From Penicillus capitatus (lineage: Eukaryota > Plantae > Chlorophyta): 64,000 nt of DNA. The notes below the pieces were generated by a model. It worked only from the letters and a program-made list of their open reading frames with translations, was not told the DNA's origin and made no database searches. Numbering within the stretch: the first letter of the stretch is position 1; the number at the start of each line of letters is the position of its first letter. This document shows, piece by piece, positions 1 to 13,908 of this stretch. The position numbers and the translations under genes were made by a program. The stretch lies in contig OZ287697.1 of NCBI GenBank assembly GCA_965649825.1, positions 1,017,635 through 1,081,634 on the forward strand, given 5' to 3'.

Positions 1-1187
1 ATGCCTTTCGTATGTTTATGCGCGTTCTGCCGTTTTTGACCGGATACACAGTACGATCGCTCGTGGATCAGTGCCTTCTCCTATGCAGCTTGCTCGCACC
101 ATAAGGAGAACATCAAATTCAGTTAGGGCTGTGGTGCTCCAGGCACCTCGTTATTTATCATTTAGTTCAACAGTTATGGAGTTCGGGTATAGAAAACTGC
201 ACGGTGGAATACCGCATGGAAGGTGGGGTCTTCTTCCATGCCCTTGGTTCATGCCCCAAATAAATATGCGGTCGTCTGCGTCCATGCTTTGAATAGCTTG
301 AGACCACTCTTTTTCAGTATCGAGCAAACTTCATGATTTGGTTTCATGAATGTTCGTACCAGACATACATCACGCACGTGCGAGGACCGAAGTGATAGAT
401 TTGATTTTGGACAAGGTACAGTACAGAGCACAATTTCTATACCTCCGACGGCGGCGAACAACTAAGCCGTTTAGAAAGTCGATGCAGAATCGACAGTAAT
501 TCTGTGCGTTTCTGGTTAATGGTTTTAAGTACTCTACAGCAACGGGTCATAACTGTGAGCAAGGCACATTCCATGCCAAGACTCTGTATATGCGAGCGAA
601 GGATTTTACGCAAACGCTTTATGCAGCCGAATGGTCTCGCGTCTCACGCGTTTGTCTGAATGCATGCTCTCCTTGCCGACAATGGTTCTTCAGTTAGCAA
701 GACTGGGACTGCAAATGAAAGTTTGCAAAAATAGAAACAAATAAACGCAAACGTGGTTTGTCATGCATCTAATGGCCTACATACAGATTGATTGGCTCCT
801 CCATGGTATCCGAGGACTCTATCCTACACATTTCATTCATTCTTCGCCTTAGTCATTTATGTCTCTGTGCCTGTCGATCGTTGGTCTTGTACTGAACACA
901 GTCGCGCCTCTGATGTTTAACCTAAAAGGGGCTGCAAGCACGACCAATTATACATGGTCTCCGAGGATCTGTGTCGGCGATTACCTGCCACAGTAGGAGA
1001 ACAGCGAAAAGAATCGTCTGACACCGGCAAAGATACGATTAAACACATCTGTTTAAACTCATGTTTATCGACAATCGAAGTCCTCTTCTGATATCGGATG
1101 TCATTGACGCGACGAAAAGAGGAGGGCGTCGATCTCCTTTTTCATTCCCACCACAAAGAAATACATGTGAAACATAATGTAGCAACT

Positions 1188-4100
1188 TCAGACTTCGGCA
1201 CGACGATAGCGCCGAGCCCTGACAGGTTGACCCCAGCGCATCAAGGTGTTTTTCACAATGATGAATAGGTAATCCATCAGATAAATAACAAGAATCCGAA
1301 AGGCGCCGTGCGACTCTTCGGAAATAATGCCTTCTTTGACCAGCACACTTTTCAGGTAATCGGCTGTGAAATAAACCGCATAAAGAGTGATAAGGTAAAG
1401 GAAGAAAAGAACATTTGTGAAGCACAAAAGAACACTGATCAGCATATGAACCGCATCTGAGACGTGATCGACCCTAAAGAAGATGCTGCAGACGAATGTG
1501 AGAGAAGAGATCAAGATGGAGAGGCTCTCGACGTCATTGAGAGAATCGAACTCTTCGCGATAGGGACGGAACTTCATTTGGAAGTAAAGCGATAGAATAA
1601 GGACGAAGGAAGCAATAACGACTTGGATGTCAAATCCGAGTTTGTAAGAAAAGACAACCACGACGGTGAGGACAGCCTTTCTGAACATGATCACAGACTC
1701 CCAGAAGATGTATCGCTTTCTGAAGGATTGATACATGAAACCGGCGGCTTCGTAGATCCAGCCATCTTTGTAATCTTCCGCAACCTTTTTGGCGACCAGG
1801 CATGCAACGGCTAGTGGAAAGCCAAAGGTGAAGATCACGAGGAATGGCCACGCCAGCAGATAAGCCAGCACGGCATGCGATTCCTTGTAGCACTCGACAC
1901 TAGTGTCCACGACCCAGTAAACTTTTGTTGTGTCATTTGAATCGTGGACTTCAACGCAGTTGAGGATTTGGACAAGTGTCCTGCTGATGGAGATGTAGCT
2001 GATGTAGAAGACTGAGAGAGTACTGAGAACACACCGCTTCAACAGATAGGTCCATGACTTGTTCTGTCTGATCTTGATCACCAGCCAGAAAATGGCAAAG
2101 AAGAATATGGCTGCGATCGGCTGCAGTACATCCACGAGTGTACCGGCGATGGAGCGCTGCAGAGGAGTTCCGTCTGACGGAAGACAATCCACAGATAGAT
2201 TCACAGATTCTGATGTGACGGCACCGATAAACTCTGCAGAACACACCACGTGTCATGAGACTGTGTAACAGAATGTCTCCTGGTCGCCTGCAGCTTGGAA
2301 GAATGCGACCATTTCGGGTGTCCACTGCGCGCCAGCAGAGATCGCTATGGCTGCGACTTGCAGAAAGTTTACTGTAATCTGCAGAGCAAACAGTAAGAAG
2401 GAAAGGAACAAAACAGACAATAGGGAAAGCTAAACCTTATAAAGCTCGTCGGCCTTCAGTTTGGCAAGCTCTGTATCTTCAAAAGATTGCGCACGTTCGG
2501 CTTCCTGACAGTGCCCATGAGTATGATCTCCTTCTGTGGTACTCCCCAAGATTGCTAATTCAATCGCCCTCTCAGTTGGAACTGCTCGAGCAGTGACGGA
2601 TGCAGCAGAGAACGTAGGAACTTGTGTTTGCTGCCGCTGCTGCGATATAAATACAGAGATGAGGTTGCTTCTAATGGTGATGCTAGATAACCCCAACAGA
2701 ACAAAAAAAGACAGAACGACTAGGACGACATTAATAACGTCCGAAAGGCACTTCTCACAGAGATAAGAGTGAGATTTACCAAATGATTTCTTGCAAGAGC
2801 CGCAGAGTGGTCCTTCGTGCCCCTGCATGCACAACAGAGACCATCAACACCTGAGAAAATCAGAATATCAAACTTGCCTCTTCACACTGTGCCTGTTGGT
2901 AGTCCTCGATTTCCTTGTTGCTGATGTTGCAGTTGTAAATGTTCTCTGACATCGCCCGCAGAGTGGTGGTTCTGTTTTTGCCATCACATGCATGGGTCGT
3001 CAGACATCTCTGGATGTGCGGAGAGCACGGCGAACTGTTCCAGTACCTTTCTTTCGGAACGATCACTTTCGTTGTACAGTTCCCGTTGTCGGGGCATGGC
3101 TCACATTCCGTCGCACTGGTGTTAAAATTGTAGCTGGTACTGCTGCAGGGCGTACAGACGTTGTGCTCTCCGACAGGGACCTCGTTGATGGTACACGTCC
3201 GCACTGTTATGTTAACGGTGAGAGGCTTGAAAGTCGAATTATCGAAGCGGATAGTGACATTGTAGGTGTTTGGGAGTCCGAAGCCCACCAAGCGAGGAAA
3301 ATCGGCACTTCGATTCTGGATGCGGAGACCGACATCTCCGCCTAGAAAATCTTTTTTTTCTGCCGAAAGCGTCGCGGTAATCTCTTGCAGTATGGTCGCC
3401 CGGTTTTGTTTCAGTCCATCCAGCAGCAGCACTTGCAGTGTCGGCAATGGATCGCCACTTCGGTAGCATTCGATCACTGGCCGTCCTTTTTCTTCCTCTT
3501 TGACACGGATTTCTGTTTTGTTGTCTGTGACCGTCACATTTATTCGCGCGCCGACGGCATGCGATGCAACTGTTTCACCGTACTCTGTTGCGTTGTTACC
3601 CTTCCATTCATCGCAAAAGTCCTCGCAAGATGAGATCATCTTTAAGGCTGTCCAATCGTTCTCCTCATAGAATGCCAGATTCGATTGCATAGATGTCGGC
3701 GGGCAGCTGGAAGTCGAACAGCAGCCAAACCGAATGCCTTTCAAGTACCCAGTGAAGATCGCTCCGCCTTCGGAAAATGCATTGTTGCCTTTGAAACGTG
3801 TTGCAATGATGGCAGCAAATGCACAGTTGGTTCCGTTGTCCGTGCAACGCCTCGTTCTCGCTTTGTCGGAAAAAAAGCACAATCCTCCACCTGGAGAGAC
3901 ACCGATCTGTTGCGCGTCGGATACCATTAGTGAAATCGTACCTGCGGCGTTGGCTTGGTTGTCCACTATATTATTTTCTTGCAGCTGCAGGGTCAAGTTT
4001 TGCATTTCGTGAACTTCGAAAGAGATGGCACCGCCATTCCTCTCGGCGATGTTTTCAGCAAATCTGCAGCCAAGGCAGAGGATTTTTGATTCCTTTGCCT

Positions 4101-6546
4101 TCAAAGCACCACCGTCTGCCTTCGCACTGCATTTGGTTATGTTCAAGAGTCTTGCTCTCACAGTCGACGACGTCACATCAATGGCTCCTCCTCCATTCTT
4201 AGCACCACCGCCCTGCATGGAAGTGTTGGTGATGTTGATGGAGCCGCTCTGTAAGACTGAGAGGAACCCTCCATCCCCCGACGCATTTCCGTTTTTGAAA
4301 ACGCAGTCTGTAATGTTTAGCGGCGCTGCAGCAGCAAACACCGAGCCGCCGTTCTCGGAAGCGTTGTTCCCTGTGAAACTCACTTCACCGAAGATTCCTA
4401 CACTGTTCCATTGAGCCACCGCTCCTCCGTTTCTCTGTGCCTCATTGTCTTCGAACACCGACTCTTGTGCTGTCAGATCAGTGTCGCCAGAAACGGAAAC
4501 GCCGCCGCCGTCTCTGCCGGCACGGTTTTTTATGACCCTCGTCTTTTCTGTCAGCGAGACATTCGACTGCCAGCCGTAGATCCCGCCACCCGTTTCGCCG
4601 GCACAGTTTTCCTCGACAATGGTCGTTTCATTCATGGCGATGGTTGAGTTCAAGCTGTGGATACCACCACCCTCCAGACCCGCAGCGTTTCTCTCAATCT
4701 TCGTCGTTTTCGCCGCTGTGATATTTGAGTTTTCCGTATGAATGCCGCCTCCGTATAGACCAGCAGTGTTATTGCTCACGACTGTGCTTTCTGTCGCCAC
4801 AACTTCAGAGTTTTCGACGTAAATTCCGCCGCCATGAAAGGCAGCCTTGTTCCCGCTAATGTTCGCAGACGTCAAGATAATCTTCGAGTCCAGACAGTAG
4901 ATTCCGCCGCCATCTCCACCGGCATGGTTTTCCTTCACGGTCGTCGATGTCGTATTGACGACTGCGTTGAGACTGTAGATTCCACCGCCTTCATTATCGG
5001 CGCGATTTTGCTCGATTGTTGTCTCTTCATCGAGGAGGAGACTGGAGGCTTCTATATACATCGCGCCGCCGCTGAAAGCGCTGTTCTCTTCAAAGACGCA
5101 GCTGTTGACAGTAATGTTCGAATTGTAAGCGCCGATGGCGGCGCCGTCGGTAGCTACATTCTTACGAAACTCACAGTTCTGGATCTCGGCAACTGCGTTT
5201 CTGAGCTCGACGCACGATGTCGAGGCATCTTGTATCTCCTGGATGCGGTTGTTGGAGATGTCAGAATCATAGAGTTCCAGCAACCCACCCTCAATGTCGA
5301 AAATGCCAACGGTATTTTCATGAGCCTTGATCCCCTCGGCGTATATTGTGGATTGAAGAGGACCGAAGAAGATGACGGGTTCGGAATGCGATAGCTGGAT
5401 CCTTCGATTCCGTTCGAGGACAATGTCTCGAAGCCTGCTTTTTCCGGCCAGAAGTGCTCCACACACTCCGCTACACTCGTTATCGTGGAAGTGGAAATCG
5501 TGAAGCTCGATCGATGAACAGGATGTCGAATTCGCCAAAATGGCGACAGATCCATCTAGCTGGTTGTTTCTGAATTCGACTCCTTTCAATCGGATGACGC
5601 ATTCGATGCATTTCGATCTCGATCGGCATGGCTCTACAGTAACGATGCCATTAGCATCAAGTCCAGCGGAATTCGCGAACGTGCAGTTCTTGAAGACTAG
5701 GTTCTCGAAAGTGACATTCGTTGTCCTGTGCCACCACCATAAGAAAGTGAGCAATCGTGGCAAGTCAGACAAGCGCACCGAATGGAGAATAGTCCTTCGT
5801 TTTCCTGAGGGCAAGTCAATAGTGCTTTCGTATGAGAGCCAGGGACGCCGTCTGCGTTTTCCACGTAGGTCCTCAGCGTCAACGGCCACGAGACGACGAC
5901 ACGAGTAGGTGGTTTGATTTGCTTCGTGCTGTTGAATTCGAGAACGTCGTCCTTCTGCGTGCAGTCGACGATTCGCTGGAGGTCGTTTCCTATTTTGTCG
6001 AGAACGGTATCATTCACCAACCACCAGCCCTGATCCTTGTCGAAGTGCTGACGATGCTGACGATGCTCGCCCCGTAGATGGCGGCACTCGTTTTCTGCAC
6101 AGAGGCGACAGACTTCGCTAAAGACATGAAAAAGGAAGCTGTGACGTACTTGCAGAACCTGTTGCATCTCCTTTGCCTGTGCCAGGTGACTGAAGCAACA
6201 CGCGTTCTTTCTTCTGTCGCTGCCACAGACAATAGACTTGGCAAGACATTAAGAAGACGAGCCTTCGCATACGCTGGAGATTTCTCGTGGATAGAGAATA
6301 TCGTCGATGGGGACAAGAGAAGACGTTGGGTTTTGCGCGACCTTCGTGCCTGCAGCCCGCCGAAGGAGTTGACGCTTGGAACTGAAGGCAGAATGTTGAC
6401 GCACTTCCGTTCGGAGAGCGTTCAGCTGCGTTCATGTCGCGAAGATCCCATCTTCGACTGGAAGCGTCTCCTTCTCTCTGACCATCACTTCTGGCGAAAA
6501 GGCAGAGGAAGACGATAACGCAGACAGAGGTGAAGAGGTTTAGCAT
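1188..6546 (-). CDS. Large multi-exon membrane protein: signal peptide, right-handed beta-helix with GGAI/GGGIY (Chlamydia Pmp-like) repeats, Cys-rich region, about 9 TM TRP-like C-terminus (paralogue 1)
   Basis: Stacked minus-strand ORFs 6118-6546 (MLNLFTSVCVIVFLCLFARS signal), 6014-6316, 5697-6167, 2860-5889 (repeated N-x-A-x-x-x-GGGIY/H units at about 25-aa spacing; CTPCSSTSYNF..CEPCPDNGNC), 2430-2834 and 1188-2249 (FWESVIMFRKAV, hydrophobic helices). Introns checked at 5726-5778 (GT-AG) and 2823-2877 (GC-AG). Confidence 0.85.
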
Positions 6547-7010
6547 TTGGAGAAAAAATACGTTGGAGGCAGGCCGACGAACAGTCCGCTAAATGTGAGC
6601 TTCAGAATGAATGCGTGTAACTGTTTGTCAGAATGACTAAGGCTGTCACATCGTGGCTGCCTCGTAATCCAAGGGTTCCGTCTTCGAAGGGGCGCTTTCA
6701 CGACGTGTCATGTCACCTGTGGCACATAAATACATGAACGTGAACCGATTGTGACCCTTTGCTCTGTAAACGTGAAGCTTTTCTTTGACACTGTTAGATC
6801 ACAGAGCGTCACTGTCGATTGACGTGACGTATATCTATATAATGACATACCGATATTCTTGTAAGAATACCCATCCGATTCGTCTCTACTCGTAGCCTCG
6901 ACGCATTCGGGTTTGTCGGCGACACCTTCGGTCCTAACATAACGAAAACGTATTATCATGACTAGGAGCTTAATGCATGTCACTGTCAGACGGAATCGCC
7001 ACGCTTAAGA

Positions 7011-7226
7011 AACAATTCAGCAGAAGACTTTCAAGATTACAGAGCTAAAGGTACTTTGAGGTTTGAATCCACAGATATATACGCTAGGTGTGATATGACT
7101 TCTCTAGAAATGTGAGTCATCTGACGCTCAGAGCCAAAAGAATACGCCTTCAAAAAATAGTAATTTCTTACTAAGCGCCCTTCGTGAGACAGGACCCCGA
7201 AAGAACGAGACAGACACGATGTGACA
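7011..7226 (+). repeat. Relic copy (C) of a degenerate repeat/gene family also present at about 43.75-45.85 kb
   Basis: 7020-7230 aligns by eye with 43980-44175 (gaagactttcaagattacagagctaaaggt vs gaaggcttcactgatctacagagcaaaggt; cacgatgtgac in both). Translations NNSAEDFQDYRAKGTLRFESTDIYARCD vs HNVSAEGFTDLQSKGVYKATSTDLYANSD. Confidence 0.6.
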
Positions 7227-8858
7227 ACTTCAAAGTAATGACAATCATTAAAGCGTACTCTGACAGTAACGAAAACGTATTATCATTTTAAGCACCTCAT
7301 CATACTTAGCCAGATCCCAATTTCTGGGCGACCTAACAAAATGGGGCTACGCTTTTTGAGCAAGAGTGATACAGGTTTTCATTTATGTCGTCGGTCGGTC
7401 ATTGTCACGAACAAAGAAAGCAACATTCACTCTCGATCGTCAGATTGTACTTCATTCAAATCGTTCGCTAATCAATCACCGTACGGCGTCCATCGATAGT
7501 TAAGAGCAATCGGTCACATCATTGATCGACAGTCACTTCGATCGTCGCCGTCGATCGGTTCTCTTCTTGTGTCGTGTTTGTCGACGGACAACAGGTTAAG
7601 GACGAAGGCGTATGGAATACAAAGACTGTTCGAACAATAATTGTACGAATTTATACAATTCTTTGGACAGCTGCACGAAGGTGGACAGCTGTCCACTGAC
7701 ATCTTGCTTCGCCAATCGTCACAAAAAAAAACAAAGGTAAGCTGATTGTTTCGTCTGCCTGGCATTTCACCTAGATCTACATTTCGGACACAACATCGTT
7801 TTGGACATTGAAAGATTCTATCAGTCAAGAAGAAAGCAATCTCTATGCAATTTCTACCACTTCTCAAAATATTGTCTTCCATGTGCTATTGGAAGGGCAA
7901 ACAAAAAGCAGAAGCGATCTGTTGTGAAACATCATCGTTCACGCACTAGGCAACTCTAGAATGCTTAACGGCTGGATCGTCCAACAAAGCCTTCCGTTCT
8001 TTAAGAAGGTTTAAAATTGGGTAGAGAACGTAGATAGAACAGAAAAAGCTTCAAAGCTATCCTTTCCTTTTTTCGATCATACATCGAATGTCTCCTCGTC
8101 GATGGATGGATTCAATATTCATAATGAGCTATGTTTCGCCTCCGGGGTCTGTCGAGAATCTCTCTTAGCTTAAAGCCGTGGAAGGTCGTTCAAGTAGTTT
8201 TATGACAGACGCATTGCGTGTCGTCAAAGCAGGCTGCAACAAGCGAGAAATGACAGACAAGGCGGAGTTATAAAAGAGAAGCGTCTAAATATGTTAATTG
8301 TGGCGCGGCCGGAAGCGGGCAGCAGTCCTGATGATCTGACGGCGAAGGTAACAGATGTTCCTGTGGGTAATTCATGGGCACGCGTGTCAGAGTAAAAGCG
8401 AAAAAACAGGGTTCTCGTTTTCTTACAAAGAATTTAGCTTTTTATTGTCATCTTATCACCTCGTAAACCCCATCTGTCTCTGTCAGTCAAACCACAGGCT
8501 TTACAGTTCCCCTCGATACGGGCCCGACCAACCTTCTGTATTCAAACAACTTTAACAAGTAGGGGCCACAATCACCGATTGCCTCCGAGCTGTCAACGAT
8601 GTCAGTCACCCTTGTGGCCTTCGCGGATGTATGTTTTTCAAAGATGGTAGGTATCGCAAACAATTGCGAATCTTGTTACTATTCGATGAGCTCGGTCATC
8701 AAAACTGACCAAAATAACAATCACTGTAACTATTGAAGAAGTGACGGGAAGTCATCAACCGATAGAACCAAATATGGTGCTCGAAGCGACGATTCGTCGA
8801 TGAAGTGAGAGGATAGATCAATGAGGGAGACAGTCGATCTGATCGCCGACGAGAGAAC

Positions 8859-9615
8859 TTGTTTTCTCTGGTGTTGCGTCTGTGCTTTCTTGTCATGTGC
8901 ATAAACCGTTCCCCAAGGGTCCTGCCTCAGACACGCATGCCTGACTTGGCGAATCAAATCTGGCAGTACTCCACGAATGCTTTCATACCAAAGATCGACA
9001 AGCAGTTCAAGGAGGCCGTCGCGCTGCTTGGATTTAACATTGAAAAGACTGGCAAAAAGGCAAACAGGACTGTGAAAGACAATAATTCGATGGGCTTGCA
9101 AATTCGGTACCAATGCTATCCGTTCAATCTAGCGAGTCTTGCGCGTGAGAGGTATCGTTTTCCATTGCGCGACAGTTCAAACAAAGACGTGTGCGAACAC
9201 CAAGATCAAAGAGCAGAGCGGTCGATCGGGCAGGTGACGACATCAAAATAACGGACGCTTCGTGTCTCGTCGAACGCGTGGGGAATCCCTACCACGATAC
9301 CTAGAAAAAACTCCCGAATCTGAGTTCAAGGATTCTGTACTTCTTCATTTCATACAGAATATTGAAATGGCTGTCTCCGAGAAGGGGGAAAGACTTGGTT
9401 CTCGATCTGCCTGTGAGAGGCGAAAGCACCGTGGTTTGGAGACGAAGAACCAACGCGACGCTTCCGATGACATCGCCGTTAGAGTTCGGTACTTCCATCG
9501 TCGAAGCAGAAGAGACGAACTGCGCCGCTTTCTCTGGCCGACACGACAGCAATCGTCCTGTTCGATCGTCGGCGCACCGCATCTGCAGCTAATGTTGCAA
9601 AAAATGGCACATTAA
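8859..9615 (+). other. Possible MULE/FAR1-like DNA-binding-domain fragment or unknown gene
   Basis: ORF 8859-9251 contains FKEAVALLGFNIEKTGKKANRTVKDNNSMGLQIRYQC, resembling the FAR1/WRKY-GCM1 pattern (GF-x-I...R-Y-x-C). It is followed by ORF 9262-9615. No DDE motif recognised. Confidence 0.25.
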
Positions 9616-9733
9616 ACTGTTCCACAGTTGTTGGACTGTTGAGTATTTGATGGATTTGGCAGACAGAACTCGGTACCGATAAAAACGAATTGCCAACTCA
9701 TTTGTTTGGCAGACCAATCAAGCAGGCAGAACT

Positions 9734-11005
9734 TCAGGCATATTTGTAGACGACCTCGATCAGCTTTTTGTTGAATCCGCGCATGTAACAGGACACTTCG
9801 TTAGCATTGGAAACAACACAGGACGGTGTCTCGAGGAACGGCACGTATGTGTTGACCCAGCCACCCCACTTTCCATCTGCGTAGTCGTTCTTGTAGAGAT
9901 AGGAATCGTCACCAATGGCAAAACAGTGGATCTTGCCGACACCGGTGGTCACACATTCGGGTGCCGAGTCGAAGACGCCTCCCAGATCGACCCACTCCTG
10001 CCATCCTTTACCACCTATCCATGTCTTCTGCATGACGCTGTTCGTTCTCACGCCCAAGGAGAAAACGTCGATCCTGTTAGCGTCCCACGTCGTCACCGAT
10101 GGCTGACCTTTCACCAGACCTTTGAGATTTTCATAGCCCTGCCATCCTACTCCCTGGATCCAGTATCTGTGATAAAGGTTCAAGTTCATTCCGCTGACGA
10201 AGCAGTTGAAGTTGTTCGCGTCTCTTGCCGAACATCCAAGGGGGCTGAACAAGCCCCCTGCCAGGTCTGTGTACGACGTCCATTTGCCATCAGTAGCTCC
10301 AATGTGATAGCCTCTGTTCGTCGTTCCTCTCAACATGCAGTTGACGATTTTGGGCGTTCGGACAGCACAGGAAGGAACTTCCATCAACTTTCCCCCTTTG
10401 GACTGCCAGCCGCTCCATTTTCCGCCAGAGAAAGTATTGATGAAGAGTGCAATGTTGGTGCCCAGCACCAGGACGTCGATGAAGCCGACGTCGCGACTGA
10501 CGCATTCGATCTCGTCGACGATCACACCGCCGAGATCCTCCCATTCGCTGTAGACTCCGTTGTCAATGGAAATGTGCATGACGTTCGATTTCGGTGCTCG
10601 GATGAAGCAGTCGACGCGGCCAGGTCCCCATGACGTGCAACATGGGCGGCTCTGTGCATTGCCGCCGAGCATCTTGAACACATCGGTGACGCCTTTTTCC
10701 ACGTCGCCGTTGGCGTCCTTTAACACACAACGCGGTCAGAAGAAAACTTTTGGAACAGCGCAACGTGCCTTTGTCTTCGCAGCGGCGTACGGCAGAAGGA
10801 TGTCGTTGCGGCGTGTCTGTGCAGTTGCAACGTCAACGTTGTGCGGAGCTGCGTCCCGCAGAGCAGACAGGCGATCGGCTTCCGCTCCGTAAAGATCTGA
10901 CTGCGCCGCCATCTTGGAAGTCGGAAACCAGTACCCGAAAACGCCGTTGCAGGCGCACAAAAGTGTCCCTGCGAGGATGAGCATCGAGAGGCTTGTCGTC
11001 TGCAT
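9734..11005 (-). CDS. Secreted beta-propeller lectin-like protein (PLL/fucose-lectin-like W-x-D-L-G-G repeats), copy 1
   Basis: Signal peptide exon (MQTTSLSMLILAGTLLCAC) joined in frame by a 51-nt GC-AG intron (10718-10768) to ORF 9734-10726. About 6 repeats of the type P-x-C-x-S/T-W-x-x-x-R-I/V-D-C-F...W-E-D-L-G-G. Confidence 0.85.
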
Positions 11006-11865
11006 CTTGACGAGTGCAGATAAAAAAACCGCGACTCGTCGTCGAAACTGCGCTATGCAACGAATGTCAAATACCGATACGTTACCCGCTTTAATAGCTC
11101 CTGCATCTAGCGCATTAGACGTTCATTAATTCCAGTCAAAGCGGTCTCTGATTGCTCTGAACTTCTCTTCCTGAGAGGCTGCGTTGGCATTGACACATAA
11201 ACAGCACGCTCCCGATGTCTGCTTCTCAGCAGCTGCGCAGCGGCGCTGCAGAAAGGAAGATTGCTATCAGAAGAGAGTCATACCGACGTCACTGCGAATC
11301 TCGCACTGACGTGTTTTCTTGGGGCAGCTCACGGTTCGGCGTTCTGGACACACGGATTCAAGAACACCAGTTATTTATTCGACGTTCGTCTGCCTTCCTC
11401 GCCGACCAAACATCTTTAATTACGTCGCTATGACGATCTAACAAGTCTATTCGGCACTGCTGCGATGATCATTCTGACAGCGCATTATGACAAGTAACGA
11501 CAGTCGAAACGATGGTTTGGAGGCGATGGTTACCGTCGAAGATACCAACCAACCTGTTTTGGTCGTTCGGCCTTGCTCTCTTCGAACCACTTTCTCTCTC
11601 CCGGCACGGTGCTTTCTGTCTGAGATTTGCTGTCATGTCACATCATTGACGTATGACTGGCTCCATACCGGCGCATCAGCAACAAAGCTGCGACAGCGCA
11701 GAAGCAAACGAAACGATCCTGTTCAACTTCACGAATACCGTAGAGCTACTACGGCGAGTTTGTCGCGCTGAGATCGTTCAGAAGACAAAGGACACACTAA
11801 ATGAATGAACGAATCAGTTCAAACACGAGCGCGTTTGGTTCGGAACGCCTGGAGCAGATCCGTTT

Positions 11866-13801
11866 TCACAGTACCCTGGACGGAAACGACACACCTGCGA
11901 CGACGAGGAGATTGCTGATCGTCCAGAAGGTGTTCGTGATCCTGCACGAACGCGTGTTGTACGTCTTGATCCACTTTCGATCCGGCAGGCTCCACAGCTT
12001 CACACTTCCGTCATCTCCACCTGATGCGACAGCGCTCGCTGTCGGCAGTCCTTTGTCCGAAGGCGGAACCTGTGGCGATGAGATTGCCGTTCCCTCGCGA
12101 ACAGTCGATGCTCCAGATGGGTCCCTTGTGCGCCTCCGTCACCGACGTGATCTCGGAGCTCTGTCCCAGATCCCGGATCTCCATCTTTCCGTCGTCGAAT
12201 CCGCACACGATGCTGTTCCCGTCCGGTCCGAAACGAAAGCAGCTCATTGCCCTGGTCCCCGTCAGCGACGGCGACTGTTTGAAGAGACGCACGCATTTGG
12301 GTGTCGCCACGTCCCACAGGCGAAACTGCCCGTCCGCCGTGGCCGCGCCGAAGTAACTGCAGCCGGGATGCCAACGGACGATGTCCACGCTCTCAGCGTG
12401 ATCTGCGAGCAGCCGCGCTCGCATCGCGACGCGTCGATCGGAATGCGAATGGCGTGCCTGCGCAGATGCGCATGGGTTCCATGCTCTCCGTGCACCAGAG
12501 CCGCGCGGAGTGATCCATGGAGGCGCTCAGGAAGTAGTAGCCGACGGGGCAGGCCGCCACATCCAGCACTGGATACAGGTGGCCCCTGGGTCCGCGGCTG
12601 TCAGAGGTCGACGAACGAGGACGGCAGCCTGTACTTGAAGACGCAGATGTTGGCCTTGAGGTTCTCGCTCCAGAGACGAATCGTCCCGTCGACGGATCCG
12701 CTCAGGAAGATCCCGTTGTCTTCGAACCACGACATGGATGTGACGCTCTTCGTGTGGCCACGGAAACGGACGGTGGGAAAGGGTCCGGCCTTGGACGCCG
12801 TGTCCAGTTCGCCGTCCAACGCCCCGCTGCTCCGCACCTCGAGATCCGGCTTCCTGCCGGAGTGCGCCCCGCAGGCGTCAAACTCCTCGAACCTCCGCCT
12901 CCTGTGTCGCACGGCGTCCGAGCGGCTCGGCGGCGTGGTCATGTCGAAGACGTGGATCAGTGCATCCGAAAATCCCACTGACACAGGCGAAGCAGATGCT
13001 CAGCGCGAGAGAGATCGCACGTCGGGGGACGCACCCGCCATCTTCTCGCCGTCGTGCACCATCGACACGCACGTCGCACTGGACTCGCCGTTGAGCAAGG
13101 TGTACATGACGGAGGAAGGCAGTTTCTGCGCAGAAACGGGAACGCGGTGCCGCATCTTCTCGAGGATCTCGTCGTGCCGCTCGCTGCTGTGATCCGGCAG
13201 CGGAATCTGTTGCCCGAAAGAGTGAGCGAGACCCAAACGCCGCGTCCGTCGCTCACCGTGGCCTCCACGAACTCCGTGAAGTCATGCTTCCATTCGAGCA
13301 GATCCGCAAGCTGCTTGTTCTCGGCGGCGTCTTCGTTGGCCTCGTGGTCGCGCATCTCGATGTCGCGCAGCTCGTCCTCCAGATACGAGGCGCACATGTA
13401 CTCTAAATCATCCTTCGCAATGATCAGAGACACCGTGGCGCCGCTTCGGCGGTACCCCGAGGAATCCCAGTGCGATGCGCTGCTGGTTGACGTCGTTGGC
13501 GCCGGTCTCGACATTCGTGGCTGCGGAGAACAGAAACCGCGTTTCCGTGTCGCTCCCCGCTGCCGAGTGGCGTACGCTGCAGCGACGGGTGCGGTTTGGC
13601 GCTGGCCGGTCTGCTCGCCAACTCGACCAGGCGGTGCTTCAGTCTCTCCCGCAGACGCGCCGTTTCTTCGGAAGGTTCCTGCGTCGAGGACGGGACATAC
13701 CTGCACGCACGGCGCCCGTCGTCCAGAGCGCGGTGAACAGAGAGGGCTGGCCACCCGCTGAGGCGCAGGTACTCCGAGAGGATTGCGTCGAAGTCGGACA
13801 T
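11866..13801 (-). CDS. TAF5: TFIID subunit TAF5-like WD40 protein
   Basis: N-terminal MSDFDAILSEYLRLSGW (LisH-like). WD40 repeats GHTKSVTSMSW..LSGSVDGTIRLW, YFLSASMDHSARLW, PMRICADHAESVDIVRWHP, GGDDGSVKLW. Several introns, including GC-AG 12403-12457. Stop TGA at 11866. Confidence 0.8.
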
Positions 13802-13908
13802 GGAGAGTCGGTCCGTCGTACAGCGAATGAAGGTCGTGCGGAGGTCCGTCCGTACGAACACCGCCTTCGCGTCGACGGTCCTGCATTCTTTAAGGCAGAC
13901 TAGACGTC

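Noticed and set aside
1-960. Possible KDZ/other transposase relic (FHAVFH, ESWHG-like words)
   Set aside because: The motifs are in different broken frames and in no convincing order, so it is left unassigned.
11801-13192. 463-aa plus-strand ORF
   Set aside because: Antisense shadow of the GC-rich TAF5 gene; no recognisable motifs.
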